NCBI GenBank assembly: GCA_951406725.2
Contig: OX597815.1
Span: 71,362,001-71,426,000, forward strand
Length of the DNA stretch: 64,000 nt
Origin: Octopus vulgaris
Taxonomy: Eukaryota
Direction of reading: 5' to 3'
Shown: one piece after another, positions 26,400 to 39,209 of the stretch
How the letters are laid out: each line of letters starts with the position of its first letter
How positions within the stretch are numbered: the first letter of the stretch is position 1
Translations under genes and position numbers: made by a program
The notes under the pieces: model-generated
Database searches by the model: none
What the model was told of the DNA's origin: nothing
The model's input: the letters and a program-made list of their open reading frames with translations, nothing else

Positions 26400-28400
26400 C
26401 ACTGTTAGTATCTTCTAAGTCCTGATGACTAAATTGCGGATTTCTTCGAGTGTCCTGTCTAATATCTTGAATGTTGGTTTTAGCACTGGTACAGTGAAAA
26501 AATTGTGGGATACGTTTTTATTGAATGCAAACAGCTCAAACGTCCATAACTTCCACAATCTTCTGGAGCACCACCATATATGCAAAACGTATTCTCGTTG
26601 ATTTCAAGCAATTTGTACCATTCATCAGTGGAGAGAAGGGATTCAGAGAGGCCTTTTAATACTCATATCCCTTGCATGCTCAGCAGTCTCTTCTCATCTG
26701 ACTACCAAATATGAACACTTATCCAGATCAAAATCCACTCCTCTGCCCCCGAGAAGGCTGTGACTCGCTCTGTCTGTCATGAACATTATTTACATACAAC
26801 TTAAGGTCATCAAGGAAGAAGATGATGGTAATGTTAGTTTTTCTCTCTTTTTTTTTTTTTGGTAGATTCTATTGTGTATAGTCTTTGTATTTCCTTAACA
26901 GAGCTGACAAGAGTTTCACTGCCAGGACGAACAGCCTTACAGATAATCTGTCATTTTGGTATATTCCTGCTAATAGCATAATTCTATAGTGGCTATAGTG
27001 GTAGCTTCAAATCTTATCGATAGTTCTGTAGGTGGTGTTAAGTGGGGGTATAAATACAGACAGATTTATTGAGTTTTACCACCCCTCCTTACATAGACAG
27101 CGTGATAGAAGATAGATAGTGATAGCAGGGAGGCACAGTAATAAGTGGGATGATAAATGATAAGATGAAAGGGGATAGCAATAAATAATAAAAGATGGTT
27201 GGTCGGAGGGAGATTTAATGTGTAGTTTCCCTGAATGAAATGACTACTCCCTACTCCTTTTTTTTCACAAATCGAGCATGACCGCTTCACTGATGACAAT
27301 AGAGTCCCATCTCCTTTCCTGTTAACTAAAACTTTAATCTTTCCTAGGGTTACTTTGAAGATTTTCAGCGGTATGTTTTACATCCAAGTTTAGAATTTCC
27401 TCTCTAAATCTTTGACAGATTCAATAATGAGATCTTGGTCGTTGATATACGGTGTTCTTACAGCCGGTCTTAAACTCATCTGTTATTGTATGGAGAACTA
27501 TAATAAACCGAAGCGAGTAGGGGATGTACTACAATGGACACCAACCTATTCATTGAATTCCTCAATTAACTTATTGTTGTCGTCATTCTGGTATATGTAT
27601 TACATAACTCACGCGAGCTATTCATTCGTCTATACCAACTTTTCATTGCAGCCACCAGGCGACAAGGCGTGAAACCTTCTTAAAGCAGTCTTCCACATCG
27701 ATAAATTCTAGGTGTAATGGCTTACTTCTAACTAAATCCTCATCTTATCGAGCTTGCTCGAATTACTTTGACTCGATATCGCCACTCATCATGATGTCTC
27801 ATAGCATTCAGGATGTCAACAGGACATCATCTTGTGTCCGTACAGAGGTTTTTGCTGGACTGTTGACTGTTGACCTGTGTGTATCCACGACGGGGTGTTA
27901 AAAGGAATGCATTACTAATCATATCTTACTTAACTCTTCATTAGAAAGTGATCTCCATGTGTTTCTTTCTAATGACACGATTGATTGCAACAAGACTACC
28001 ATACAGTCTCTGGTCGGATGCAGTTACCACGAAATAATCGGAATGATCTGTAAAATGTGGATGTAAGCACCATTAAGTTTGTTGGTTATGCTAGCAACAG
28101 ATCTATACAACAGCATTGATTCCACAATGGTCCAGAAGAAGCTTCTCTTAACAACATCAGATAACGATGTGGCTATCAAAAGCAGCCCATGCTTTCGCAA
28201 GACGTAATTTTATAAATTTTCTGTGGATTCGATGTTACTTCCTATGCATACCTAGGGGTCTACTGATTTTAGATTCTTAGATGGTGCTTGTTGCACTCTC
28301 TTGATTGTTGTGGATGTATTCCGAGTTTGTGGCATTTCCAAACAGACCACTATCTACTGCTACTTTTCAAGGTCACATAGAAAGGTAGTAGCATCTAAGA
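26400..28400 (-). mobile_element. Highly degraded LINE debris (RTE-like APE endonuclease/RT remnants)
   Basis: Short interrupted translations such as GVGSSHFIQGNYTL near 27220-27260; no long ORF; mixed composition without microsatellites. Confidence 0.35.
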
Positions 28401-28629
28401 TGGAGGTGGGGCGCCAACAAAGAGAGTAATAGCATCATCATAATCTGTACCTGCTATGGTGGTGAAACTGAGTTCTCTTTGTCAAGAGAATGACGAAACA
28501 CACAACCCAGATAGATAATAAATCAGAATGATGCAAACGTATCGCCTTGCAAGACGCCTGCATTGATGTCGAAGTTGATATCTCCGTTAGGTGACCGTAT
28601 TTTAGCTCTTGTCTTCGTATAGAGTAATA

Positions 28630-28845
28630 TTGGTTTCAAATTTGGGTAGAAGGCCAGCAGTTTCGGGGAAGGTTTTTAGTCGATTACATCGACCCCAGTG
28701 CTCAATTGGTACTTATTTTATCGACCCCGAAAGAATGAAAAGCAAAGTCGACCTCGGCGGAATTTGAACTCAGAATGTAAACCTGGAAGAAATGCCACTA
28801 AGCATTTGGCCCGGCGTGCAAACGATTCTGTCAATTTGCTGCCTT
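28630..28845 (-). mobile_element. SINE family A
   Basis: TCGACCCCGAAAG..AAAGTCGACCTCGGCGGAATTTGAACTCAGAA. Confidence 0.85.
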
Positions 28846-29040
28846 CATCTACAGTGATATTACTCCTACTTCTTTCTATATGCCACAAGAAGAATTTGCT
28901 TCATTTTGCCTCAGTTAGCAGAGCTGAAAGCTGTTGAGAAGATCACAAACAGTGGGAATACTCGCAGATTTTTAATCTTGAGCCCTCAATGAGCAAAAAT
29001 TTGTCCAACAGTAGACAGATTTCATACTATATCTTTTTCA

Positions 29041-29123
29041 CTTCGTAATCCCTTCTCTTTGTGATCCCTTCTCTTTGTAATCCCTTCACTTTGTAACCCC
29101 TTGTCACTTCGTAATCCCTTCTC
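29041..29123. repeat. 16-bp minisatellite, about 5 copies (CTTYGTAATCCCTTCT)
   Basis: Direct inspection. Confidence 0.85.
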
Positions 29124-30337
29124 AAGTTCTGTTTATATACAAGTCAACAGAAACTTGTAGATTTTTTGCTGCTGTTTGTAAGAGTACCCCACCCTCTGTA
29201 ATCTTAAATCACTTCTAAATTATCTTTCTTGAAGAGTAAGGGAATACAAACTGAGTTTTACGGTAATTTATTGCTTTACACAACTAAAATGAAGTATCTT
29301 TAACTGCCACAGTCTTCTAAACTTTCGTGGCCAACTTCTTTTCCTTTTCTTGGTCGTTTTTCATACTAGTTATTTGGTGAGTTTATCTAATGTGAAATCA
29401 CCAAGCTAGAAGTCAAGATTCATGTTTAATAGTAGTTTCTCTGGATCTATCTGGAACTGTTGTGGATTGCTGAGAAAATTCTGGAAGTGTCTCTTCCAAC
29501 TGTCTGTTCATACAAGTTTATTTATTTGTATTTCTCTGGCCTCTAAATTCTTTGGAAATTTGCCATGCTAGAGACGATAGTCCGCTACTGCATACGTCGT
29601 CTGATCAATTATAGACACATACCTCTTCCATTCGTATTGAAGTTCAACTTGACTATATGCCTACAAATAGTGAGAAAGCAGTGAAGCATATTATTTCTTT
29701 GAAGGAGTTAATTCTGATCATCATATTCTATCGAACAAAATTTGGATGAACTTACACGCCAACAAACAAAATATCCCAGAATTTACTCCATGTGACTGAC
29801 CTACACTTAACAACAAAGGAATTTGTCGACAATGCATTATCTTGATCAAACACAGGTTCGAGGCTATTGTAAGTGAAAACAGAAATCAACTCCCCAAACT
29901 AAATATATAACTGTTTTGTCACTTCTCATCGACAAACAGCTGTAGAATACCTTCCCATCAGGACTGAAATCAAATGTCAAGTCCCATGTGAGTCTGGAAC
30001 AATTACTGAGAAGGGCAATCGATTGGAGAATGCCACCGATTTAAAGACAGCCAAGCATTCTGGAACAAATATCAATAAATTCCAAAAAATGCTTAGCAAA
30101 ATGCTACTTACACTTATGAAATCGAACGAGAGAATTATATTGAAAACAAAATCGATTTGATTGCACAAGCTACAGCAAACAACTCTCCTAGCTAAATACT
30201 TCTCCTGTAAAGAAGACTGCGGTTGTAATAAATTTTGGTATAAGCCCGAACTGTATCTCGTCCTGTTTAGTTTTCATGCTAACTTTTCATAACTTAATCC
30301 ATCAAGTTGATGCCTCGGTAACGACTTTTCTCTAGAG

Positions 30338-30555
30338 CAATGTTTCTCAGCCGGGGTCCACGTGGCCCGGGGGGGGGTCCATATAAGAGTTTGTTGTTAA
30401 GATTTATGTGAAATAAATTTTTTTATACAACTCTTAATAATATCTAATTATACAAATATAATGATTTTTTAAACATCAAATGGCTAAGAGGGTTCATCTG
30501 AATAAAATAAGAATCAAATGGGTTCATAGGTTCATAGGGGGGTTGAGAAGCATTA
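30338..30555 (+). mobile_element. hAT-Charlie-type MITE, copy 1
   Basis: CAATGTTTCTCAGCC ... GGTTGAGAAGCATTA termini; left flank CTCTAGAG. Confidence 0.8.
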
Positions 30556-30563
30556 CTCGAGAC

Positions 30564-30890
30564 CAGTGGTTCTCAACCGGGGTCCATATAAGATTTTGGG
30601 GGATCGATGCAACAAAATAGTAAATTAAGGATCTACAATATGTTAACAGCTTCAGAAAAGATTTTGCTTTACATGCATATATTGGTTTGTATTGCAAGAA
30701 ACGGCTAGGTTTCTTTCTCTAATGTTTTACATAGTTCAACCTACACAAGTTAATGTGTGGGGGGAAAAAAGGCATTTTGAAAGAATTTTCTATAAAACTA
30801 GTTTTTAAACATCGAATGGATATGGGGGTCCACCGGAATAAAATAGTAATCAAAGGGGTCCATAGATAAAAAAATGGTTGAGAAACCCTG
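30564..30890 (+). mobile_element. hAT-Charlie-type MITE, copy 2
   Basis: CAGTGGTTCTCAACC ... GGTTGAGAAACCCTG termini; right flank CTCTAGAG. Confidence 0.85.
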
Positions 30891-31591
30891 CTCTAGAGCA
30901 TCTCATTTGCTCTTAGAACACTTAATGATGATACACTTACGCCCTGCTCTATGAGATTAACATCGACAAGCGTGAACTCTACTACACCGGATATTTCAGC
31001 ATCTCAGTGACTATCTTCGATAGTCCAACAGTTTTATCTTCCCTCATGTCTATAATCGAGCTTTCGACCGTTAGTTTACTTGGTTTGGGACTTTTCTCAC
31101 GCATGCATTCTTTTCATTGAACAACCTCAGTGAAGGCAAATGCACCGCTATAGTTCTGAACACGCTTCTTTCCAGCTGCGTGTCGATACTCCACGTTGCA
31201 TTGTCTCTAGTCCTCACGTTGCAGAAAATATGCAAACCTCTAACAAAAATGTACTTGCCGTCTACTTTCTCTTATAGTCATTTAGTATTGTTCTTTCCTG
31301 TCCCCTTTTTTCCAATCTTTTCTGGTTTGTCACTTATCTTCTCTCTCTCTCTCTCTCACTCACTCTCGAGAGAGAGTGACCATCTTACCTTCTGCATGTA
31401 TGTGTGAGCGCGTGAAGGTGCGCATGTGTAAGGTTATAATTGCCAATTGGAAACGATGATACATCCCCTAGAGTCAGAGATAATGCAAATAAATCAATAA
31501 ATTATGTTGTATGGTATTTGATATACTTGTCTATGTTATTCAAATACTTCCTACTGGCTATTCTGCGTTATTTCTCTTAGCTCATTTTTGC

Positions 31592-31675
<84 letters not shown>

Positions 31676-31803
31676 TGTATATTTACATATATATGTGTGT
31701 GGATGTATGTATGTGTACATATACACACATACATATATACATATATATAAATATTTATCATCATCATCTGAAACAGAAATACACTCTAAAGCATACAGCA
31801 GAA

Positions 31804-31839
<36 letters not shown>

Positions 31840-32289
31840 ATGTAACAACCACGTGTGTATATAAACAAACTTACATTTTGGTTATTTCCCCCAGTAAAAA
31901 TTACCATTAAAAAATTGGGTTATCTCCCCACTAAAATTCTGAGTTTATGTGGCGACAAGAGATTGGATTAAAAGAGTTAGATCCTTTTGATTCAATACTT
32001 CAACACATTCTTGACTTTTGGCCTCCTCAATAGGCATGGTATGATTTGTTATAAAAATGTTATTAGATTCAATAAGATTTTAAATTTTTTTCCAGTTTTC
32101 ATGTTTATTGATTTTTTTCATTTTTATTTCTTTGTTTTATTGAGGGTTAAACAATTCTTTTAGGTGGGGGAGACAACCCAATTTTTTAATGCGGGTGAAA
32201 TAACCAAAAAGTACCATATATATATACATACATATGCGCGCGCGCACACACACACATACAACACACAGATATATATATATATATAAAAT

Positions 32290-32520
32290 AAATGTACCCT
32301 TTTAAAGCCTAGCCAGGCTCATGGGCCCGATTTCTATGGCGTATGTTTTCCTCAGCTGGACGGGACGCCAGTCCATCACAGCGTTACTCATTTTTGCCAT
32401 GTGAGTGGACTGGAGCAACGTGAAATGAAGTGTTTTAGTCAAGAACACAACTCGTCGCCCGGTCCAGGAATTGAAACCACAATCTTACGATCATGATGCT
32501 GACACCCTAACCACTAAGCC
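32290..32520 (-). mobile_element. V-SINE-like tRNA SINE (family D)
   Basis: Minus strand GGCTTAGTGGTTAG A box, GGTTTCAATTCC B box and GATGGACTGGCGTCCCGTCCAG (V-domain-like). Confidence 0.7.
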
Positions 32521-32557
32521 ATATATATATAATATATAATATATAATATATATATAA

Positions 32558-32635
<78 letters not shown>

Positions 32636-32648
32636 TGTGTGTGTATGA

Positions 32649-32688
<40 letters not shown>

Positions 32689-32939
32689 CACAAACAAATT
32701 TACTTATACATGCGAGTACAAACATACATGCACATAAATATACACTTACAAACATATCTATACACACACAGAGTTATCAATTTCGGGAGAAGGGATAAGT
32801 CGATTGTATCGACTCCAGTACTCAACTGGTTCTTACTTATTTTATTGATCTCGAAAGGATGAGAGGCAAAGTCACAAAGTCAATCCCTGCGGAATTTGCA
32901 GTCAGAACGTAAACACGGACAAAATACCTTGAAGATGGG

Positions 32940-34969
32940 ACGGTTTGTGCGCGAAGAAGACGATAGACGAAGGAGAAGGATCATTGTTTGAAAGGAGAAT
33001 CTCTTTCCATAAAGACTTCAGAAAGAACAATTTCTGGCGTTTTCTCTTTCAACTCGCTTAATTTAGGTTTTTTGACACACTTTCTTCTCTTTTTACACTT
33101 TTAGGTCGTTTCATTAGAAACATATCAAGAGAAGTCTGCCTTTTCCTGCCTTTCAAAAGGTTACGAAAATGTGCCAGAGCAGTATCATTATATAAAGCAG
33201 CTGCACGACCTGTAGGTACTTTTCCAGGATTACGGTTTTCTACAAATTCAGAAACATACTGCTACTTTGTCAACACTGCCTTTATGTCACTCGTAGAGTT
33301 AGCATTCTCTGCTACACTGTCCTCCTCCGGAGAACCAATCTCTTCCACCGCATCCAAATGCTACTGCCCCTGAAGCTGCAGGAGTTCATCTGTCGTCAGC
33401 TTCTCTGAGAGTTCCTCGACGAGATCGTTAATGTCCCCATCATCAACCTCAAGGCCCATGGACTTGCCAAGAGACACTATCTCCTCAACTACAGGTGTCT
33501 CAGATTCAAACCCCTCGAAGTCTCTTTCTGATACGCAGTCAGACCACAGTTTCTTCCATGCAGAATTTAACGTTCTCCTCGTTAAACCTTGCCAGGCCAT
33601 TCGATGATTTTTCAGGCAGTTTACAATGTTGTAGTGCTCCTTCCAAAACTCACAACAAGTTAGGTTTGTATTTTCAGTGACTTCAAAGCACCAATGAAAC
33701 AGGTGTTTGGTATAGAATTTCTTAAAATTAGAAGTCACCTGTTGATCCATGGTCTGCAAGATAGGGATGGTGTTGCGTGAAAGGTACAGAACTTTTATGA
33801 ATTTAAATTCGTCCAAGATATTATCTTCGAGGTTAGGAGAGTGAGCAGAAGCATTGTCGAAGACGAGGAGGGCCTTGAGAGGAAGATTGTTCTCCGAAGG
33901 TACTTTTTCACTGCTGGTTCGAAGACAAGATTGACTCACTCGGAGAATAATTGCCTGGTGACCCAGGCTTTAACGTTTGTCTTCCACATGACCTGCAGCT
34001 TCTCATCAGGATTTTGTGCAACTTGAACGCTCGTGGTAGTTTCTTCTCCTCTGCAGTTTTGTAGGTTCTTCTTGGGCGTCCCCCCCCCCCCAAAAAAAAT
34101 AGACCAGTTTCATCACAGTTGAATACCTGTTGTACGATTTACCTCTCGGCTGCGATGAGCTGACGGAATTCACGCACGAAATCTTTAGCTGTTTTCGTGT
34201 CAAAACCAGCTGCTTCTCCATACCTGACGACGCTATGAACACCAGTCCTCTTCTTGAAATTATCAAACCAGCCGCAACTGGCCTTAAATGCGTCTGCTGA
34301 TGTCTCCTCTGTCGATGTTGCAGGGTTCTGCTTCAGGAGATCCCCATACAATATTTAAGCTTCCTCGCAGATGATAGTCTCCATAATCATATCCCCTGCG
34401 AGTTACTTCTCGTTGATCCACAGAAGCAATTTTTCCTTCCTTTTGTGGACAGATGTGCGTTGCTTAGAGAGCCTGCAGACAGCTTTTGCTGTTGTAACGG
34501 CCTTGATATCGTCCTTCTTCTTCAGGATGGTACAGATTGTCAACATGCTTCGTTTATATTGACATGCTATGTCCACTACGCGCTCTCCTCTCTCATGTTT
34601 ATCAGTGATTTCCTTCTTTAATTCTATCACAATCAGCTTTTTCTTCATCTCAGCATTATCCTTTACACTAACCTTTTTAGGACCCATGGCTAACACAAAT
34701 AATTATTATAAAATAATAGCAAAAAATGCACAAAGCTAAACAAAACCCAACAGGGATGCTGCGACAACGAGATAAACACGTGAACTGAGCGAGCGGAGAG
34801 CGCGCCTTTTGGGAGAGCGTGCGCGAGCTCAGCGCCGACTAGCAGACGCTTGTATGAAACGCACTCGTACTGCGGAATTCCGCTCGTACTTCAAGACAAA
34901 AATTCGCACGAGCCTTGGCTCGTACAGAAAATTACTCGGACAATGGTGCACTCGTACTACAAGGTTCTA
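32940..34969 (-). mobile_element. Tigger/pogo DNA transposon remnant with CENP-B-like transposase pseudogene (ATG at 34687)
   Basis: MGPKK..IELKKEI HTH_psq, FKASCGWFDNFKKR CENP-B HTH, DDE_1 KALLVFDNASAH..ILQTMDQQV (36 residues between the last two D); TIR-like TAGAACCTTGTAGTACGAG at the 5' end. Confidence 0.92.
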
Positions 34970-35461
34970 AAAAAAAAAAAAAAAAAAAAAGAAAGAAAGC
35001 TCACCCATATTTGGGCATCACTAAACACCAAAACCCAGTAGAACCTTGTAGTAGTGAGATGATGCAGGGGAATGTGTACACACATAAAAATCTAGAGCCT
35101 GTATACATATATGTAGTTGCATGTGTGTCGACGCATACACTAATTACATATAAGGTTCACATTTTATAAAACAAATCTTTAAATGTTCCACGATTTTCGG
35201 ATATTCAGCGTGCCTCTCAACATTTTCTAAACTATTTATATATAAGTGTATGTGTATGTATGTATGTATGTATGTATGTATGTATGTATGTATGTATATG
35301 CATGTGTACACACACACACACACACACACAATCACATATATACATTCAAGCATCGTTTTTATTTGATGTTAGCTAAATGCATTTATTTTTAAAAAGTTTT
35401 TAACATTATCATCTTATCGTTCAATGTTTCAGTTTTCATCATTTTCATCCTCTATTTCCTT

Positions 35462-35522
<61 letters not shown>

Positions 35523-35569
35523 CTGTGTGTGCGTGTATGCACGTGTGCGAATGTATGTGTGTATAGTCA

Positions 35570-36005
35570 TTTCAAATAAACGAATAAGAATAAAACGAAA
35601 AATAAACGAAAAATCCGAAAAAAAAAAAAATTTGATGACGTGCACAAGAAATGTATTAGCTTGACGCTCGATGAAAGGAGAGAGTTTGACATTTCGGGCA
35701 TAGCTCTTCGTCGTACAGGAAAAAGGGAAAAGTCCAAAAAAGGAAAAGAAATTGCCAACGGCACACGTGTAGCAATGTAATTACACGTGTGGCGTTGGCG
35801 ACTTCTTTTCTATCTTTGGACTTTTCCCTTTCTCCTTCCTGATGAAGAGCTCTGCTCGAAACGCCAAACTCTCTCTCCTTTCACCGAGTTTCAAGCTAAT
35901 ACATTCCTTGTGCACGTCCTCACGTTCGTTTTTGTTCGGGATTTTTTCGTTTCTTTTTTTCATTTTGTTTTTCGGTTTTCTTTTATTCATTTATTTGAAT
36001 TGTTT
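35570..36005. mobile_element. Fold-back of two hammerhead-bearing H1 units (~200-bp arms, centre ~35776)
   Basis: GCCAACGGCACACGTGTA..TACACGTGTGGCGTTGGC centre; GACGTGCACAAGAAATGTATTAGCTTGA pairs with TCAAGCTAATACATTCCTTGTGCACGTC. Confidence 0.8.
35834..35870 (+). ncRNA. Minimal hammerhead ribozyme-like core (cleavage triplet mutated)
   Basis: CTGATGA (35839-35845) A GAGC-TCT-GCTC GAAAC GCC; the sister arm reads GAAATGTC, implying consensus GAAACGTC. Confidence 0.5.
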
Positions 36006-36157
36006 CTTTATCTGAATTGACTATTTACTGCACGCTCACACAGACCATCCACGTCCTTCTGACTGATATGGAGCACTTGATTCATGGATTCTTTTCTCTA
36101 CCCTTGGATTACGCTACTTCTTAATTCATTCGGAGTAACGCCGTTTCTACACCTTTG

Positions 36158-36192
<35 letters not shown>

Positions 36193-36212
36193 AAGGTGTG
36201 TGTGTGTGTGTG

Positions 36213-36249
<37 letters not shown>

Positions 36250-36254
36250 ATATA

Positions 36255-36303
<49 letters not shown>

Positions 36304-36316
36304 GTGTGCGTGTGCG

Positions 36317-36620
36317 TGGGGGGCAATGGCCTAGTGGTTAGGGCAGCGGACTCGCGGTCGCAGGATCGCGGTTTCGATTCCCATACCGGGCGTTGTGTGT
36401 GTTTATTGAGCGAAAACACCTAAAAGAGCTCCACGAGGCTCCGGCAGGGGGTGGTGATCCCTGCTGTACTCTTTCACCACTCTTTCTCCCACTCTTTATT
36501 CTGTTGGCCTGCTCGCTTAGCCAGCGGGGTGGCGTCATTCGAAGGCTAAAACAATGCGAACGCATTGTGACCAGCGATGTGTAACAACATCTGATGGTCT
36601 AGTCGGTCACGTGATCACGT
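36317..36620 (+). mobile_element. Young, CpG-rich tRNA-derived SINE (distinct family)
   Basis: A box TGGCCTAGTGG and B box GGTTTCGATTCC in a tRNA-like head, ~230-bp body and GTCACGTGATCACGT tail, inserted in a microsatellite. Confidence 0.85.
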
Positions 36621-36737
36621 TATATATATATATATATATAATTATTATTATTATTTAAGGGAATAAAATCCAAACTTAGAAGGAAAAAGAATTCAATTTA
36701 GAAATACTAAATCAAATTCCACACAATATAATATATA

Positions 36738-37008
36738 TAAAATATTAGAACCCCCCTCCCACCTTTTATCAATTCAAAATGAATAATTAAATTACACCAT
36801 CTAGAAAATTACATGATTAAGTAAATTACAAGAATAATATAATGTACAAGAATAATATAATGTATATATACATTATAGTATTCTTGTAATTTACTTAATC
36901 TTTACTTTTTAATTGTTATTTTAATTTTAACTTTTCTATTATATGTAATTTTCTAGACATGATGTAATTTAATTATTCATTTTGAAGTGATAAAAGGTGG
37001 GTTTTTTC

Positions 37009-37020
<12 letters not shown>
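36738..37020. repeat. AT-rich ~280-bp fold-back
   Basis: CCACCTTTTATCA..TTCAAAATGAATAATTAAATTACA pairs with TGTAATTTAATTATTCATTTTGAA..TGATAAAAGGTGG; inner GATTAAGTAAATTACAAGAATA pairs with TATTCTTGTAATTTACTTAATC. Confidence 0.8.
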
Positions 37021-37095
<75 letters not shown>

Positions 37096-37183
37096 ATGTA
37101 TGTAATGTATGTATGTATGTATGTATGTATGTATGTATGTATGCATGTATGTATGTATGTATGTATGTATGTATTTATCATGC

Positions 37184-37422
37184 TCACTTTATTTCACGTT
37201 GCTCCAGTTCACTCAGCAGTAGAAATGAGTTACGACGTCACAGGTGCCAAGCCGTATCGGCCTTTGCCTTTCCCTTGGATAACACTGCTGGCGTGGAGAG
37301 TGGAGGCCGGTATGCATGGGCGACTGCTGGTCTTCTATAAACAACCTTGCCCGGACTTGTTCCTCGAAGGGTAACTTTCTAGGTGCAATCCCATGGTCAG
37401 TGTCGTGACCGAAGGGGGTCTC
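37184..37422 (+). mobile_element. SINE family D-related copy, 5'-truncated (same family as 61415-61692)
   Basis: CACTTTATTTCACGTTGCTCCAGTTCACTCAGC ... CTTTCTAGGTGCAATCCCATGGTC..GACCGAAGGGGGTCTC. Confidence 0.75.
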
Positions 37423-37449
37423 AGATTCAGAATATGTATGTATGTATGC

Positions 37450-37482
<33 letters not shown>

Positions 37483-37835
37483 TGTATGTATGTATGTATG
37501 TATGTATGTATGTATGTATTTATATATATGCATATCCATATATATTTGTATACATTTTGTAACACGTAAATACCATTTATGACTTTTATTACTCCCTGGT
37601 TATCTTTTACCTTTTTATTAGTGTATTCCAATAATTCTTCTACTTTTATGCTATCAGTTCTTTGTCTCTTACTATCCCATACACATCCTTGGGTAAATGA
37701 ATTATATTGCTACACACATATACTCACATACAGGTGAGCATATTAGAACAAAACAAGGTGGAAAAAAATAATACTCGAATACCAAAGGTAGAGTAACATA
37801 TTTTTCACTAAAAGTTGTGATAAATATTTATTACA

Positions 37836-37875
37836 ACTGTCCGATGAACGGGAACGTGAAACTCTGAGTAATACT
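37836..37875 (+). ncRNA. Minimal type-I hammerhead motif (family H2) within a 37730-37905 repeat
   Basis: TGT CCGATGA ACG-GGAA-CGT GAA ACTC-T-GAGT A ATA: GNRA-capped stem II, 4-bp stem III with 1-nt loop, GUA triplet; U4 is C. Confidence 0.6.
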
Positions 37876-38091
37876 CCTGTGATAATTTGGCAGCTTTAAT
37901 AATAAGTGTTTGTACCCGCGCACGTGCATATGTGGGGGTGTGGGTGCTTGCATGCTTGCGTGCGTGTGTGTATGTGTGTGTGTGTAATACATATACCACA
38001 CATATAACAGCGGCATGCTTTGGAAATTGCAGAATAACCGGCCATTGGATCAGCTTAAATAAATCACGCACGCACATGTATGTATGTGTGC

Positions 38092-38122
<31 letters not shown>

Positions 38123-38879
38123 TGTATGTATGTATGTATGTATGTATGTATGTGTGTATGTGTGTGTGCATATGTATGTATATAATTCATCTCATATGGA
38201 GTCATGTTAAGTTGGACATGAAGATCGCCTTGTGGTTTTAATACTTCTTCAGTCGCTATTGATTATTTTTTTAATAAGCTTGCTGGCTATTTGCGACACC
38301 AGTGTCAGAAAAGATGCTAGTATTCCGTATATCCTTGACAGTGAGATTCGGCTGTTAAGTCGCTAATGGACGTTTGCCACTGAGCCCAAAGCAGAACGAA
38401 ATCACATTAACTAGCAATTCCGTTGGCTTTAGCAGACGATTCTCATCTGAGAATGATATAAATACGAGTCCTTTTATGCACTACGAGTCCATATCAGAGG
38501 TTTTCTCCAGGTATTCTAATTAAACTTACACGTTAAGTTGGACATAAAGATTGCATTTTGATATATACATTTATATATATCTCACTCCTCTTCCCTTGCT
38601 CATGTGGCTCCCACCTGACCATCGGCCATCTTTCTTCTCCTAACTTGTGTTTCTTTCTTTCTCATCGTTGTAGATGGAACATGGAAGACGTGTTCTTGTC
38701 TGTTTCCTGTCCAATCTTGATTTACGCGTTCGCCACCACAACCTCGTTTAGGGTTAGCAGCTCTTCCTGTTTGTATTAACTGTCCTGTTTGTGTTACCAA
38801 TTTTGACCCTCCGCAAAATACCAAATTGTATTTAATTTGCTTTGCGGGAGCAACTGTTTTATCGAAAGCGTATCTTGTT

Positions 38880-39100
38880 GTTAAATGCTCGAAATACGAG
38901 AGTAGAAAAACAGCCAACAACTGATGAAGAGTCTTTCTTTATGTTGTTTGTCTTGTTTTCCATTTGTGTCTTTCGTTGTTCGAAAAAATAGTTCATTTTC
39001 CATGTACTCGTAATTCGTATTTTTTGTTGTAAACATTTTGTGACGTCCTGTGCCCATATATGCATATGTATATACGTATAGATGTAAGTATGCACACATA
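38880..39100 (+). repeat. Interspersed repeat, also present at 61908-62130
   Basis: GAGTAGAAAAACAGCCAA..TTCTTTATGTTGTTTGTCTTGTTTT..TTTGTGAC.TCCTGTGCCCA is shared by both loci. Confidence 0.75.
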
Positions 39101-39108
39101 CGTATGTA

Positions 39109-39209
<101 letters not shown>

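Noticed and set aside
29480-30200. LINE endonuclease remnant on the plus strand (SDH-like motif near 29715)
   Set aside because: Too degraded to assign by eye.
33361-34696. Domesticated TIGD/CENP-B gene
   Set aside because: Multiple frameshifts and stops plus a TIR remnant indicate a dead Tigger copy.
36317-36392. tRNA gene
   Set aside because: A and B boxes are present, but the cloverleaf is imperfect and it continues into a SINE body and tail.
38885-38935. GAAA...CTGATGA as a permuted hammerhead
   Set aside because: No NUH triplet in register and no stem I pairing found.
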